From Actinomycetota bacterium (lineage in GTDB: Bacteria > Actinomycetota > Acidimicrobiia > IMCC26256 > VFJJ01): a stretch of DNA of 64,000 nucleotides. How positions within the stretch are numbered: the stretch's first letter is position 1; each line of letters starts with the position of its first letter. The stretch lies in NCBI GenBank assembly GCA_009886115.1, contig VFJJ01000036.1, positions 10,800 to 74,799 of the forward strand, given 5' to 3'. Positions 1-12,229 of the stretch are shown here, one piece after another. The notes below the pieces were generated by a model. That model did not search any database. It was not told the DNA's origin and saw only the letters and a program-made list of their open reading frames with translations. The translations under genes were made by a program, and so were the position numbers.

Positions 1-289
1 ACGGCAGCGGTTGCCAGGCGTTCGACATCCATGAGGGCCATTTCTGGTTCGCCCAGGTGTCGACGTCCTGGAAGTCGAGCGCATAGTCGACACGTCGCCC
101 GAGGAAGGCTTCGTAGGAATCCAACTGCGCTACACCCCACGGCCCCGGTCCCCTGTACACCCCGATGGCCACCGGCGGTGGTGCTGCGGCAGCGGCGCTT
201 CGCGCGAGCTGGTCGATCGGCAGCGCCGCGAGAGCGAAGAGCGCAGAGCGCGGTCGCGACGAGCGCGCCGATCCGACGAAAGGGAACAT
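1..289 (-). CDS. partial CDS (N-terminal part only, continues past window start): secreted protein, tentatively GH26-like glycoside hydrolase
   Basis: The minus-strand frame is open from ATG at 289 to position 1. It is absent from the ORF track because there is no stop in the window. Translation MFPFVGSARSSRPRSALFALAALPIDQLARSAAAAAPPPVAIGVYRGPGPWGVAQLDSYEAFLGRRVDYALDFQDVDTWANQKWPSWMSNAWQPLP has a signal-peptide-like start and non-shadow composition. The family call is by resemblance only. Confidence 0.4.
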   Translation of the reverse strand, partial: MFPFVGSARSSRPRSALFALAALPIDQLARSAAAAAPPPVAIGVYRGPGPWGVAQLDSYEAFLGRRVDYALDFQDVDTWANQKWPSWMSNAWQPLP

Positions 290-446
290 CCATGCGACCG
301 TCCTCGGAGAGCGCACCATGGCGCCTCCCGAGCCCTGCCCCACCACACTCAACGGCATTCCGGGGTGGCGAACTTGAACGGCTTCTAGGTCGATCGGCCT
401 ACGCGTCGGTCGACGCACTGACCGGCCGTGGGATGACCGGCACGAT

Positions 447-1538
447 CTACGGCTCAGCGTCCCAGAGGCGCTGACAGCGATTCGCCGCGTCGATCACCAG
501 CCCAGCGTCGATCACTGTGCGGGTCTCCCACACGGCCTGGGCCGCCCACTCGCACACGAAGACCAGGTCGCCCCTCGGCGGCAAGGGCCAGACCCAGAAC
601 GCGGCGTCGTAACGACGATGACCGCCGCCGCCCCCCCGTACGGCGATCACCCGGTCGCCCGGTGGAACCGCCGAGAGGACGAGCGGCGCCAGGTCGGTCG
701 ACGACACCGACGTCCCGTCGGCGAACTCGATCCGCAGACGAAAGCGATCGGCCGGACCCGTTGGCATCTCTCCCGGGCGCAGCGGTTGGGGCAGGAAGGA
801 TCGGCCGATGGTCCCGTCGTCGGGAACCCGGAGGTGCAGCGCCAGACCAACCACGAACCCCGTGGGATACGCCGACAGTCCCCTGACAACCAGGGCCACG
901 TCGGGGGTGGTGATGAGCGCGTCGTCGAAGGGGACGATCCGCCCGCCCCAGTCGTCGGGCGGCCCCAACCACTCGGGCATCGAGGGCATCTGGCGGCGCG
1001 GGGTCGATGCCCCACCGGCAGCCGTCCGACGAGCGCGTCCGGTGGGCGAGCCGACGTCGGAAGCGGCATTGGGATCGGCGTCGGGATCTGGACGGCCGCC
1101 GGCGGGGTGCCCGGCAGCTCGTGTGACGAGCGCACCGGCGTCGACGCCGAGCCCACGAGTCAAGGCCTCGACAGCGCCCGATGCGGGATCGAACAGCAGA
1201 CCCACGAGCAGGTGCCGGGGCTGGATCTCCTGGCCCCCGCCGCGCATCGAGACCCGGAGTGCCTCGCCCAGGGCGGCCTTGGCGCGATCGGTGAACAGCC
1301 GAGCGCCCTCGGGGACCGGCCCGGCGCGCGGTGCTCGCTCGGAGACCTGCCTGCGGACGGCCATCCGGGCCCGCTCCAGGGTCACCGCCGACTGGTTGAA
1401 CAGGCCCGAGAGCGATCCCTCCTTGATGACTCCCAGCAGGAGATGCTCGGTGCCGAGGCGCTCGTGTCCCAGGTTCGAGGCCTCCTCCTGGGCGAGCACG
1501 ATCGATCGACGAGCTTCCTCGGTGAATCGCTCGAACAT
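447..1538 (-). CDS. Clp N-terminal (Clp_N repeat) domain protein with uncharacterised C-terminal domain
   Basis: ORF 447..2549(-) trimmed to ATG 1538 (MFERFTEEARRSIVLAQEEASNLGHERLGTEHLLLGV...). It has two Clp_N-type repeats, a Pro/Gly/Ala linker, then about 200 aa of unknown fold. The start lies 5 nt after the pepN stop. Confidence 0.85.
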   Translation of the reverse strand: MFERFTEEARRSIVLAQEEASNLGHERLGTEHLLLGVIKEGSLSGLFNQSAVTLERARMAVRRQVSERAPRAGPVPEGARLFTDRAKAALGEALRVSMRGGGQEIQPRHLLVGLLFDPASGAVEALTRGLGVDAGALVTRAAGHPAGGRPDPDADPNAASDVGSPTGRARRTAAGGASTPRRQMPSMPEWLGPPDDWGGRIVPFDDALITTPDVALVVRGLSAYPTGFVVGLALHLRVPDDGTIGRSFLPQPLRPGEMPTGPADRFRLRIEFADGTSVSSTDLAPLVLSAVPPGDRVIAVRGGGGGHRRYDAAFWVWPLPPRGDLVFVCEWAAQAVWETRTVIDAGLVIDAANRCQRLWDAEP

Positions 1539-1543
1539 GGCCC

Positions 1544-4252
<2,709 letters not shown>

Positions 4253-4455
4253 CCCCGCAGGTTGCCACACCCCCGCACCGATCGGGCGGGTTGACGCTGC
4301 GACCGACGGCTCAGCCGGCTCGCTGTCGACGTCGGGGCCGACGCTGCGGCTCCGGAAGGCGATGAACCTCGTAGGCGCACCGAGCGCCGCCCGAGACCGG
4401 CGCCCCGCCCAAACGCTGAAATCAGCCACAACCCCACCCCCTAGCATGGCGGGCC

Positions 4456-5289
4456 ATGTTGTCGGAACCGAGCGGGGCCTTCGTCGTTGCCAACGGCGTC
4501 ACGTTGTGGTTCGACGAGCATGGCGACCGGCGTCATCCGAGCGTGCTGCTCGTGATGGGACACGGCTCGCAGGCCGTCGACTGGCCCACGGCTCTCGTCG
4601 ACGGACTCGTGCGGGCGGGCCGCCACGTCGTGCGCTTCGACAACCGCGATGCCGGACGGTCCGAGGATTTCGCCGGCCGCACCTACTCGGTGCTCGACAT
4701 GGTCGACGACCTGCACGCGCTCGTCGAGGTGCTGGAGCTGGATGAGGTCCACATCGTGGGCTGCTCGATGGGTGGCGTGGTGAGCCAGCTCGCCGTGCAC
4801 GCTCGTTCACATCGGTTCACGACCCTCACGGCGATCATGTCGAGCCCGGGTGACCGGGGCCTCCCCGGCGAGCACGAGAGCTACGCCCGAGCCCGGGTTC
4901 CCGCGCCCGGGCCGTCAGCCGAGGAGCGGGTCGAGTACGTGATGCGGTTGTGGCGAGCGATGAACGGGACCGCACTCTCGTTCGACGAGGCCCACTGGCT
5001 GCCGTTGGCCGAGCTCGTCGTCGCCCGGGGATGGACCGTCGCCCGGGTGAAGCGCCAGCTCGTGGCGGCGCTCTCGGTCCCCTACGACGAGACGGCCCAC
5101 CACCTCGTCGACATCCCGACGCTGGTGATCCACGGCACCGAGGACACCGTGCTCCCGTACCCGCATGGCCTGGCCCTGGCCCAGCGCATCGCCGGGGCCC
5201 GGCTCATCACCCTGAAGGGCATGGGCCACCTCCTGCACCCGAGCGTGGTCGAGCCCATCGTCGAGGCCATCGTCGAGCACACGGGCTGA
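4456..5289 (+). CDS. alpha/beta-fold hydrolase
   Basis: ORF 4456..5289(+), ATG start. It has the nucleophile elbow GCSMGG, HG oxyanion region LLVMGHG and a C-terminal GMGHLLH catalytic His region. Confidence 0.88.
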   Translation: MLSEPSGAFVVANGVTLWFDEHGDRRHPSVLLVMGHGSQAVDWPTALVDGLVRAGRHVVRFDNRDAGRSEDFAGRTYSVLDMVDDLHALVEVLELDEVHIVGCSMGGVVSQLAVHARSHRFTTLTAIMSSPGDRGLPGEHESYARARVPAPGPSAEERVEYVMRLWRAMNGTALSFDEAHWLPLAELVVARGWTVARVKRQLVAALSVPYDETAHHLVDIPTLVIHGTEDTVLPYPHGLALAQRIAGARLITLKGMGHLLHPSVVEPIVEAIVEHTG

Positions 5290-5360
5290 TCCGCACCACG
5301 GCAACCATCCCGGCCCCGGCCCAGCGCCCGATCGGAGCGCCCAACAGACGGCCTGCAGAC

Positions 5361-5390
5361 AGGCTCAGACGGGCTCAGACGGGCTCGGAG
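5361..5390. repeat. 10-bp tandem duplication (RGGCTCAGAC x2 plus degenerate copies) spanning the rarD stop codon
   Basis: Read directly: aggctcagac gggctcagac gggctcggag. The rarD stop (tca, 5375-5377) is in the second copy. Confidence 0.8.
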
Positions 5391-6313
5391 ACCGGTATGG
5401 GGACGGGTGGCGTGGCGGGAGCGACCGGGCGCGTGCGGATGGCCTGCACGGCGTCGCTCGCCAGCACGATCAGCGCCAGCCACACCAGCACGAAACCGGC
5501 GATGCGCTCGGGGGGGAGCGACTCCCCGAACACCAGGATGCCGCACAGGAACTGACCCGTCGGGGTGAGGTACTGGAGCAACCCGAGCATCGACAAGGGG
5601 ATCCGCCGGGCCGCCGTAGCGAACAACAGCAACGGGACGGCGGTCACGATGCCGAGCGCGACGAGACCGAGATCGCGAACGACCGAGCCGTGGAGGAACG
5701 CGGCGTCGCCCCGGGCCTCGGCCACGGCGAGCCACACCAACGCCACCGGAAGCAGGATGGCCGTCTCGACCGCGAGCGAGGGCGTGGGCCCGATGGTGAT
5801 GGCCTTCTTCTGGAAGCCGTATCCGGCGAAGCTCGCCGCGAGCACCAGGGCGATCCACGGGGGACGGCCGTAACCCACGGTCAGCACGACCACGGCCGCC
5901 GCCCCCAGCCCCAGCGCAGCCACCTGGGTCCGCCGGAGCCGCTCGCCGAGCACCACGACGCCCAACGCCACGGTGAGCAGCGGGTTGATGTAGTAGCCCA
6001 GCGCGGCGTCGACCACGTGGCCGGCGTTGACGGCCCAGATGTAGACGAGCCAGTTCGTGGCCACCAGCAGGCTGGCGCTCACCAGGCGCGCCAGCTCACC
6101 AGGCCGGCTCAGCAGCGGACGAACCCAACCCTTCGGGCCCCGCCAGACCAGCAGCACCAGCACCACCACGAACGACCAGAGGATCCGGTGCACGAAGACC
6201 TCGAAGGCCCCGACCGAGTCGAACTGGCGCAACACGAGGGGGAATGCGCCCCACAGCGTGTACGCACCGACGCCGGAGATGACACCCGACCGCTGGGTCC
6301 GTTGCGTGGTCAT
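5375..6313 (-). CDS. rarD: RarD/EamA-family (DMT superfamily) membrane transporter
   Basis: ORF 5375..6613(-) trimmed to ATG 6313 (MTTQRTQRSGVISGVGAYTLWGAFPLV...). It has about 10 hydrophobic helices and the RarD-like N-terminal YxLWGxxP pattern. Confidence 0.85.
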   Translation of the reverse strand: MTTQRTQRSGVISGVGAYTLWGAFPLVLRQFDSVGAFEVFVHRILWSFVVVLVLLVWRGPKGWVRPLLSRPGELARLVSASLLVATNWLVYIWAVNAGHVVDAALGYYINPLLTVALGVVVLGERLRRTQVAALGLGAAAVVVLTVGYGRPPWIALVLAASFAGYGFQKKAITIGPTPSLAVETAILLPVALVWLAVAEARGDAAFLHGSVVRDLGLVALGIVTAVPLLLFATAARRIPLSMLGLLQYLTPTGQFLCGILVFGESLPPERIAGFVLVWLALIVLASDAVQAIRTRPVAPATPPVPIPVSEPV

Positions 6314-6419
6314 CTCGTCGGGACGGGCGGCGGTCACCTGCGCCACGCTACCGGGTGAGGGTCGCAGGCCGGCTCGGGATTCCGGGCGCTCCCGGGAGCC
6401 CGGCCCTAGCTTGGAGGTC

Positions 6420-8663
6420 ATGCCACAGCGCGATGTCGCCAGCTTCTGCCGGATCTGCATCGCCATGTGCGGCATCGTGGTGACGGTCGACGACGACCGT
6501 CCGGCCGGCGTCGACGCCGACGCCGACGCCAGCCTCGGCCCCCGTCGTGGCGAACCGACGAGCGCCCACCGAGCCGGCCCGATCCGGGTGCTCCAGGTAC
6601 GAGGCGATCCCAACCATCCGCTGTCGCGTGGCTACACCTGCCCCAAGGGACGAGCGCTGCCCCAGTACCACCATCACCCGCACCGGCTCGATCATCCCCG
6701 GCAGCGCCAGACCAACTGCGCCGGCGGCGACCTCGACACCGAGACGTCGTGGGACGGGCTCCTCGGCGACCTGGCCACCCGCGTCGGTGCTGCCGTCGAC
6801 CGGCACGGCCCGTCGACCGTCGCCATGTACCTGGCCAGCGGCTCGGCGTTCGACACCAACGGACGCCGGGCGGCGGAGCGGTTCCTCAGGGTGCTGGGAA
6901 GCCCCCAGAGGTACACGGCCACGACCCTCGACACGCCGAGCAAGCCGCTCGTGGCCGAGTTGGTGGGCGGCTGGTCGGGCCTGACGCCGATGCTCGACCC
7001 CGACGGGTGCCGGCTCGTGCTGTTCTTCGGCAGCAACCCGGTCGTCTCGCACGGCCACAGCAGCGGGCTCCCCGATCCGATCGTGCGGCTGCGCGCGATC
7101 CAGGCCCGGGGCGGCGAGGTCTGGGTCGCCGACCCCCGCCGCACCGAGACCGCGGCGCTGGCCACCCGGCACCTGCCCCTGCGGCCCGGTACCGATTGGC
7201 TCGTGCTCGGGTACCTCGTCCGGGAGCTGCTCGCCGGCCCCGGCCCCGGCACGCGCCCTGTGCCGGGCATGGGCCCCGGCCATGGCGCCACGACGGGCTC
7301 GGGTCTCGATCATGCCTACCTCGACGCCCACACCGACCCTGGCGACCTCGACACGGTGGCCGAGGCGGTCGCCCCGTTCACGCTCGACCTCGTGACCGAG
7401 CACACCGGCCTGGCCGCGACCGACCTGGTCGAGTTGCTCGCGGCGGTTCGCCGGCACGGGAAGGTGAGCGCGCTCACGGGGACCGGCGTGTCGATGTCGC
7501 GTACCGCCAACGTGACCGAGTGGCTGCTATGGCTGCTCCACATCGTCACCGGCTCATACGACACGCCGGGCGGGATGTGGTTCAACCCGGGCTTCTTCTT
7601 CCAGATGGACCAGCGCCGGGTGACCCCGTCCGACGGCGTTCCCGGCGCCGGCCCGGCGTCGCGCCCCGAGCTTCCGCGCCGCTTCGACGAGTACCCGTGT
7701 GCCGGGCTGGTCTCGGAGATCGAGGCTGGGAACATCACGGCGCTGTTCGTGGTCGGTGGCAACCCGCTCATGGTGTTCCCCGAGCCCGACCGCCTCGCAG
7801 CGGCCTTCGAGCGCCTCGACGTGCTCGCCGTGGTCGACATCGTCGAGACCGAGACCGTGGCCGCAGCCACCCACGTGCTGCCGGCCACCGATCAGCTCGA
7901 GCGGGCCGATCTGCCCTGGGCGCTCGACGCCTACCAGCCGGCGGTCGTGGCGCAGTACACGCCAGCCGTCGTGTCGCCGCCGGCCGCCGAGCACCGGCCG
8001 GTGTGGTGGATGTTCGCCGATCTGGCCCGCCGTATGGGGATGCCGTCGGTGTTGCCCGGCGACCTCGACCCCGACACGGCCACCGACGACGACCTTCTCT
8101 CCCTCCTCGCCGCCAACGGACGGCTACCCCTCGACGACCTCCGCGCGGCGCCGAGCGCGGTCGTGGTCGAGCGCGCCGTGCATGGATGGGTGCTCGCCGG
8201 CGTGCTGCCCGATGGGCGGTTCCGGGTCGCGCCCGAACCGCTCCTGGCACAGCTCCGCGACGCGCTGGACGCGCTCGACGCGGTGGCGACCACGGTCGCG
8301 CCGGGTGCCGCGCCCACGTCGCCCGTGACCCTCCAACTCATCCCGCGGCGGATCGTGCGTACCATGAACTCGCAGATGCGCGACGTCTCGGCCAACGGCG
8401 ACAACGGCGGGGTCAGGCTGCATCCCCTCGACGCCGCCGAGCACGGCATCGGCCACGGCGATCCGGTCAGGCTCACGAACGAGTCCGGCACCGGCTGCGG
8501 GACGGCCGTGGTCGACGAGAACATGAGCCGCGGGGTGATCTCGGTCACCCACGGCTGGGCCGTCCCCAACGCGGGATCGCTCGCCAGCTCCGACCGCGAC
8601 GTCGATCCGTTGACGGGCATGGTGATGCTGAGCGGGATCCCCGTCACCGTCACGCGGGGCTGA
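6420..8663 (+). CDS. molybdopterin (bis-MGD) oxidoreductase family protein
   Basis: ORF 6057..8663(+) trimmed to ATG 6420 (MPQRDVASFCRICIAMCG...TCPKG). The N-terminal CxxCxxxC...C 4Fe-4S motif and the overall length and motifs fit formate/nitrate-reductase-like MopB enzymes. It is divergent from rarD, 106 bp apart. Confidence 0.88.
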   Translation: MPQRDVASFCRICIAMCGIVVTVDDDRPAGVDADADASLGPRRGEPTSAHRAGPIRVLQVRGDPNHPLSRGYTCPKGRALPQYHHHPHRLDHPRQRQTNCAGGDLDTETSWDGLLGDLATRVGAAVDRHGPSTVAMYLASGSAFDTNGRRAAERFLRVLGSPQRYTATTLDTPSKPLVAELVGGWSGLTPMLDPDGCRLVLFFGSNPVVSHGHSSGLPDPIVRLRAIQARGGEVWVADPRRTETAALATRHLPLRPGTDWLVLGYLVRELLAGPGPGTRPVPGMGPGHGATTGSGLDHAYLDAHTDPGDLDTVAEAVAPFTLDLVTEHTGLAATDLVELLAAVRRHGKVSALTGTGVSMSRTANVTEWLLWLLHIVTGSYDTPGGMWFNPGFFFQMDQRRVTPSDGVPGAGPASRPELPRRFDEYPCAGLVSEIEAGNITALFVVGGNPLMVFPEPDRLAAAFERLDVLAVVDIVETETVAAATHVLPATDQLERADLPWALDAYQPAVVAQYTPAVVSPPAAEHRPVWWMFADLARRMGMPSVLPGDLDPDTATDDDLLSLLAANGRLPLDDLRAAPSAVVVERAVHGWVLAGVLPDGRFRVAPEPLLAQLRDALDALDAVATTVAPGAAPTSPVTLQLIPRRIVRTMNSQMRDVSANGDNGGVRLHPLDAAEHGIGHGDPVRLTNESGTGCGTAVVDENMSRGVISVTHGWAVPNAGSLASSDRDVDPLTGMVMLSGIPVTVTRG

Positions 8664-8820
8664 ACGCGCCCGGGCGGAGCGCGACGGCACCCTCCCCGGT
8701 GGAGTGTGCAATGACGTTCACGTCGCATCGCTTGTCGGGCGCGCTTCGTCGCACCCGGCCCCGGCGGATCACCACCAGTCTCGAGCCCGCTCACCGGTGA
8801 TCGACGCGGGTGAGCACAGT

Positions 8821-10026
8821 TCAGCGGCGAGGGAGCCCCAGCACCCGCTCGGCGATGATGTTGCGTTGGATGTCGCTGGTGCCACCGGGGATCGTCAACG
8901 CGAACGTCACCAGGTACTGGGCCAACCAGCTCGGACCCGAGCCGATCCCCTGGCCGAGATCGGGGGCCGGGTGGTCGCCGGCGTGCAGACCCGCGGGTCC
9001 GAGCAGCTCGCCGCCGGCGAGCGTGACCCGCTGGATCAGCTCGCTCGAGTAGAGCTTCATGAGCGATTGCTGTGGCGCCGACCGTCCGCGCTCCTGTGCG
9101 TGGAAGCCTCGGTACCCGAGGAGCTCGCCGGCCCTGGCATCGATGGCGAGACCGGCCACGATGTCGCGCACCCGCTCGTCGCAGCGGCCGAGCTCCGACG
9201 TCGCTCCGAGACCCCGGGCCAGCTCCACGAGGGCGTCGACCGCTCTCTTGCCCGATTGCACCTGGTCGATCCACAGGGTGGCCCGTTCTTCGGCGAGCGA
9301 CGCCTGGGTGAGCGCCCAGCCCCCGTTGAGCTGCCCCACGAGGTTCTCGGCCGGGACCTCGACGTCGGTGAGGAACACCTCGCACAGATCGGGATGGCCG
9401 TGGAGGTCGTCGATCGGGCGCACCTCGACCCCCGGCAACGTGAGGTCGAGCAACAGGCAGCTGATCCCCTTGTGCTTGGGGGCGTCGGGATCGGTGCGGC
9501 AAAAGAGCACGCACCAGTCGGAGTCGAGCGCGCCGCTCGTCCAGATCTTCTGGCCGTTCACGAGGAAGCGGTCGCCATCGAGGACGGCCCGGGTGCGCAG
9601 ACCACCGAGGTCGCTGCCGGCGCTGGGCTCGCTCATCCCGAGGCACCACGAGATCTCGGCCCGCATGGTGGGCATGAGGAAACGGTCGCGCTGTTCGTCG
9701 GTGGCGTAGCCGACGAGGAGCGGCGCCACGACGGGGATGGCGCACCAGTTCGTCGAGCGGGGCAGGCGATGGGCGCACAGCTCCTCGAAGTACACGAGCT
9801 GCTGGCGAGCTGTGGCGTTGCGGCCTCCGAGCTCCGGCGGCCAGCCGGGCACGAGCCAGCCACCGTCGAACAGCCGGTTCACCCACTGCCGACCCCACGA
9901 CGGGTAGTACCCCGACGACCGTGGGGGGTCGGCGGCGATCTCCTCGGGTGCGGGCGCGTTGGCGTCGAGCCAGGCGACCCACTCCGTCCGGAATTGCTCG
10001 TCGGCATCGGTGTGCTGGAGCCTCAT
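8821..10026 (-). CDS. acyl-CoA dehydrogenase
   Basis: ORF 8821..10026(-). Motifs seen: CLGMSEPSAGSDLGGLRTRA, VNGQKIWTSG and the C-terminal IPGGTSDIQRNIIAERVLGLP. Confidence 0.92.
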   Translation of the reverse strand: MRLQHTDADEQFRTEWVAWLDANAPAPEEIAADPPRSSGYYPSWGRQWVNRLFDGGWLVPGWPPELGGRNATARQQLVYFEELCAHRLPRSTNWCAIPVVAPLLVGYATDEQRDRFLMPTMRAEISWCLGMSEPSAGSDLGGLRTRAVLDGDRFLVNGQKIWTSGALDSDWCVLFCRTDPDAPKHKGISCLLLDLTLPGVEVRPIDDLHGHPDLCEVFLTDVEVPAENLVGQLNGGWALTQASLAEERATLWIDQVQSGKRAVDALVELARGLGATSELGRCDERVRDIVAGLAIDARAGELLGYRGFHAQERGRSAPQQSLMKLYSSELIQRVTLAGGELLGPAGLHAGDHPAPDLGQGIGSGPSWLAQYLVTFALTIPGGTSDIQRNIIAERVLGLPRR

Positions 10027-10106
10027 CGCTTCGGGACGCTAGACCGGGCGCACATTCGCTGCACCTGTTTGAGACCGGGACCGTTCGAGCACGGGAGAAC
10101 ACCGCC

Positions 10107-10934
10107 ATGAGCGACTTCGAGACCATCACCTACGAGGAGCGCAACCGCGTCGCCTGGATCACCCTGAACCGGCCCGAGGTGCTCAACGCCTTCAACCAGC
10201 AGATGCTCGAGGAGATCCACCAAGTGTGGCGATCGTGTCGCAAGAACCCCGACGTGCGGGCCATCGTCCTCACCGGCTCGGGCGAGAAGGCGTTCTGCAC
10301 CGGTGTCGACCGGCTCGCCACCTCGGTGGGTGTGGGCCCCGGAGGCGAGCGGCGGATGGACATCGGCAAGGTCGGCGACACGGCCCTGCACTTCAACGAT
10401 CCCGGCGATTGGCTGAGCCCGAAGGCCGCCGACCTGTGGAAGCCGGTGATCGCGGCCGTCAACGGGATGGCCTGCGGCGGCGCGTTCTACATGCTCGGCG
10501 ACGTCGACATCATCATCGCCGCCGAGCACGCCACGTTCTTCGACCCGCACACCACCTACGGGATGGCCGCGGTGTTCGAGCCCATCCACATGCTCCAGCG
10601 CATGCCCCTGGGCGAGATCATGCGCATCTCGCTGCTCGGCGCCTACGAGCGGATGTCGGCCCGGCGAGCCTGCGAGATCGGTCTCGTCCAGGAAGTCGTG
10701 CCGATCGAGAAGCTGGCCGAGACCGCAGCCTGGGTGGCCGAGTCGATCGCATCGCAGCCCGCGACGGCCGTCCAGACCACAGTTCGAGCCATCTGGTACG
10801 CCAAGCGGATGGGCGAACGCCACGCGCTCGACGTCGGACGCACCCTGATCGACACGGGCTCGCGCCCCGAGGACCTGGCCGAGGGCCAAAAGGTGTTCAC
10901 GTCCGGTCAGCGGGCGGAGTGGCGTCTGCGCTAG
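10107..10934 (+). CDS. enoyl-CoA hydratase/isomerase (crotonase) family protein
   Basis: ORF 9921..10934(+) trimmed to ATG 10107 (MSDFETITYEERNRVAWITLNRPEVLNAF), with GGGAGAA RBS upstream. It has the crotonase motif LTGSGEKAFCTGVD. Confidence 0.9.
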   Translation: MSDFETITYEERNRVAWITLNRPEVLNAFNQQMLEEIHQVWRSCRKNPDVRAIVLTGSGEKAFCTGVDRLATSVGVGPGGERRMDIGKVGDTALHFNDPGDWLSPKAADLWKPVIAAVNGMACGGAFYMLGDVDIIIAAEHATFFDPHTTYGMAAVFEPIHMLQRMPLGEIMRISLLGAYERMSARRACEIGLVQEVVPIEKLAETAAWVAESIASQPATAVQTTVRAIWYAKRMGERHALDVGRTLIDTGSRPEDLAEGQKVFTSGQRAEWRLR

Positions 10935-11016
10935 AACGCACGCCAACGATCGGACGGGGCCGTCGACCGTCGCCGAGCGCGCCGTCGCCGTCGCCGTCGC
11001 ACGACCTGGAGCCCCG

Positions 11017-12174
11017 ATGCCCCGCTGGCAACCACGACGCCGAGTCGCCATCGTGGGAGCCGCGCTCTCCGACTGCGGACGGGTCGACGACAAGAGCGCG
11101 TTCCAGCTCCACCACCAGGCGTCCAAACGCGCCCTGGCCGATGCCGGGCTGACCAAGGACGACGTCGACGGCTTCATGTCGGCCTCGGCGGGGATCATGG
11201 CCCCTGTCGAGCTGGCCGAGTACCTGGGCCTGCGTCCCACGTACGTCGACGGCACCCAGGTGGGTGGCAGCATCTGGGAGTTCTACGTCGAGCACGCCGC
11301 CGCGGCCATCGCCGAGGGGTTGGCCGAGACGGTGCTGCTGGTGTACGGATCGACGGCCCGGGCCGACCTCAAGCGCAAGCGCCGCACGGCCAACATCGGC
11401 ATGGGCGCAGCCGGGCCGACCCAGTTCGACGCCCCGTTCGGGCACTCGCTGATCTCCAAGTACGCCATGGCCGCCCGGCGGCACATGTTCGAGTTCGGGA
11501 CCACCATCGAGCAGCTGGCCGAGATCTCGGCGTCGGCCTACTACAACGCGTCATTCAACCCGGAGGCGTACTACCAGGAGCAGCTCACGATCGAGCAGAT
11601 CAACGCCACCCGGATGATGGCCGATCCGCTGACGGCGAAGCATTGCTGCATCCGGTCCGACGGGGGCGGCGCGGTGGTCATCACGTCCGAGGAACGGGCC
11701 CGCGACTGCGCCAAGACGCCGATCTGGGTTCTCGGCACGGGTGAAGCGGTCTCGCACACGACCATGAGCGAGTGGATCGACTTCACCGAGTCACCGGCCA
11801 AGCAGTCGGGCACTCTGGCGTTCGAGCGGGCCGGCGTGACCCCGTCCGACATCGACGTGCTCCAGCTCTACGACTCGTACACGATCACGGTGTTGCTCAC
11901 CCTCGAGGCCCTCGGATTCTGCGAGAAGGGCGAGGGCGGCCCGTTCGTCGCCGACGGCAAGCTGCGCTTCGACGGAGTGCTTCCCACCAACACCGACGGC
12001 GGCGGATTGGCGGCATGCCACCCGGGGATGCGGGGCATCTTCCTGCTCGTCGAGGCCGTCCGACAGCTCCGCGGGGAATGCGGCCCCCGCCAGGTGCCCG
12101 GGGCCGAGCTGGCCTGCGTGAACGGCACCGGCGGCTGGTTCACCTCGGCCGGAACGACGATCCTCGGCCGCTGA
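11017..12174 (+). CDS. thiolase-like protein (SCP-x / lipid-transfer-protein type)
   Basis: ORF 11017..12174(+). Motifs VAIVGAALSDCGR, CIRSDGGGAVVITSEE and NTDGGGLAACHPGMRG are typical of Ltp-type thiolases. Confidence 0.88.
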   Translation: MPRWQPRRRVAIVGAALSDCGRVDDKSAFQLHHQASKRALADAGLTKDDVDGFMSASAGIMAPVELAEYLGLRPTYVDGTQVGGSIWEFYVEHAAAAIAEGLAETVLLVYGSTARADLKRKRRTANIGMGAAGPTQFDAPFGHSLISKYAMAARRHMFEFGTTIEQLAEISASAYYNASFNPEAYYQEQLTIEQINATRMMADPLTAKHCCIRSDGGGAVVITSEERARDCAKTPIWVLGTGEAVSHTTMSEWIDFTESPAKQSGTLAFERAGVTPSDIDVLQLYDSYTITVLLTLEALGFCEKGEGGPFVADGKLRFDGVLPTNTDGGGLAACHPGMRGIFLLVEAVRQLRGECGPRQVPGAELACVNGTGGWFTSAGTTILGR

Positions 12175-12200
12175 GATTCCCCGAGCGCGAAGCATCGCTC

Positions 12201-12220
12201 GAGCGGCGGCTCGGCCGCTC
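12201..12220. terminator. GC-rich hairpin between convergent genes (possible bidirectional terminator)
   Basis: GAGCGGC-ggctcg-GCCGCTC: 7-bp perfect stem, 6-nt loop. It lies between the thiolase stop (12174) and the PAP2 stop (12230). There is no U-tract. Confidence 0.3.
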
Positions 12221-12229
12221 GTGGGAACC

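Noticed and set aside
31-474. Plus-strand ORFs at the left edge (31..474, 165..377).
   Set aside because: They are Arg-rich shadow frames. The minus strand here carries a signal-peptide-containing partial gene (1-289) and the 3' end of the Clp_N gene.
6057-6419. N-terminal 121-aa extension of the molybdopterin oxidoreductase ORF (GTG 6057).
   Set aside because: The extension overlaps the rarD coding region on the other strand and is Ser/Thr/Arg junk. ATG 6420 gives the expected N-terminal Cys cluster.
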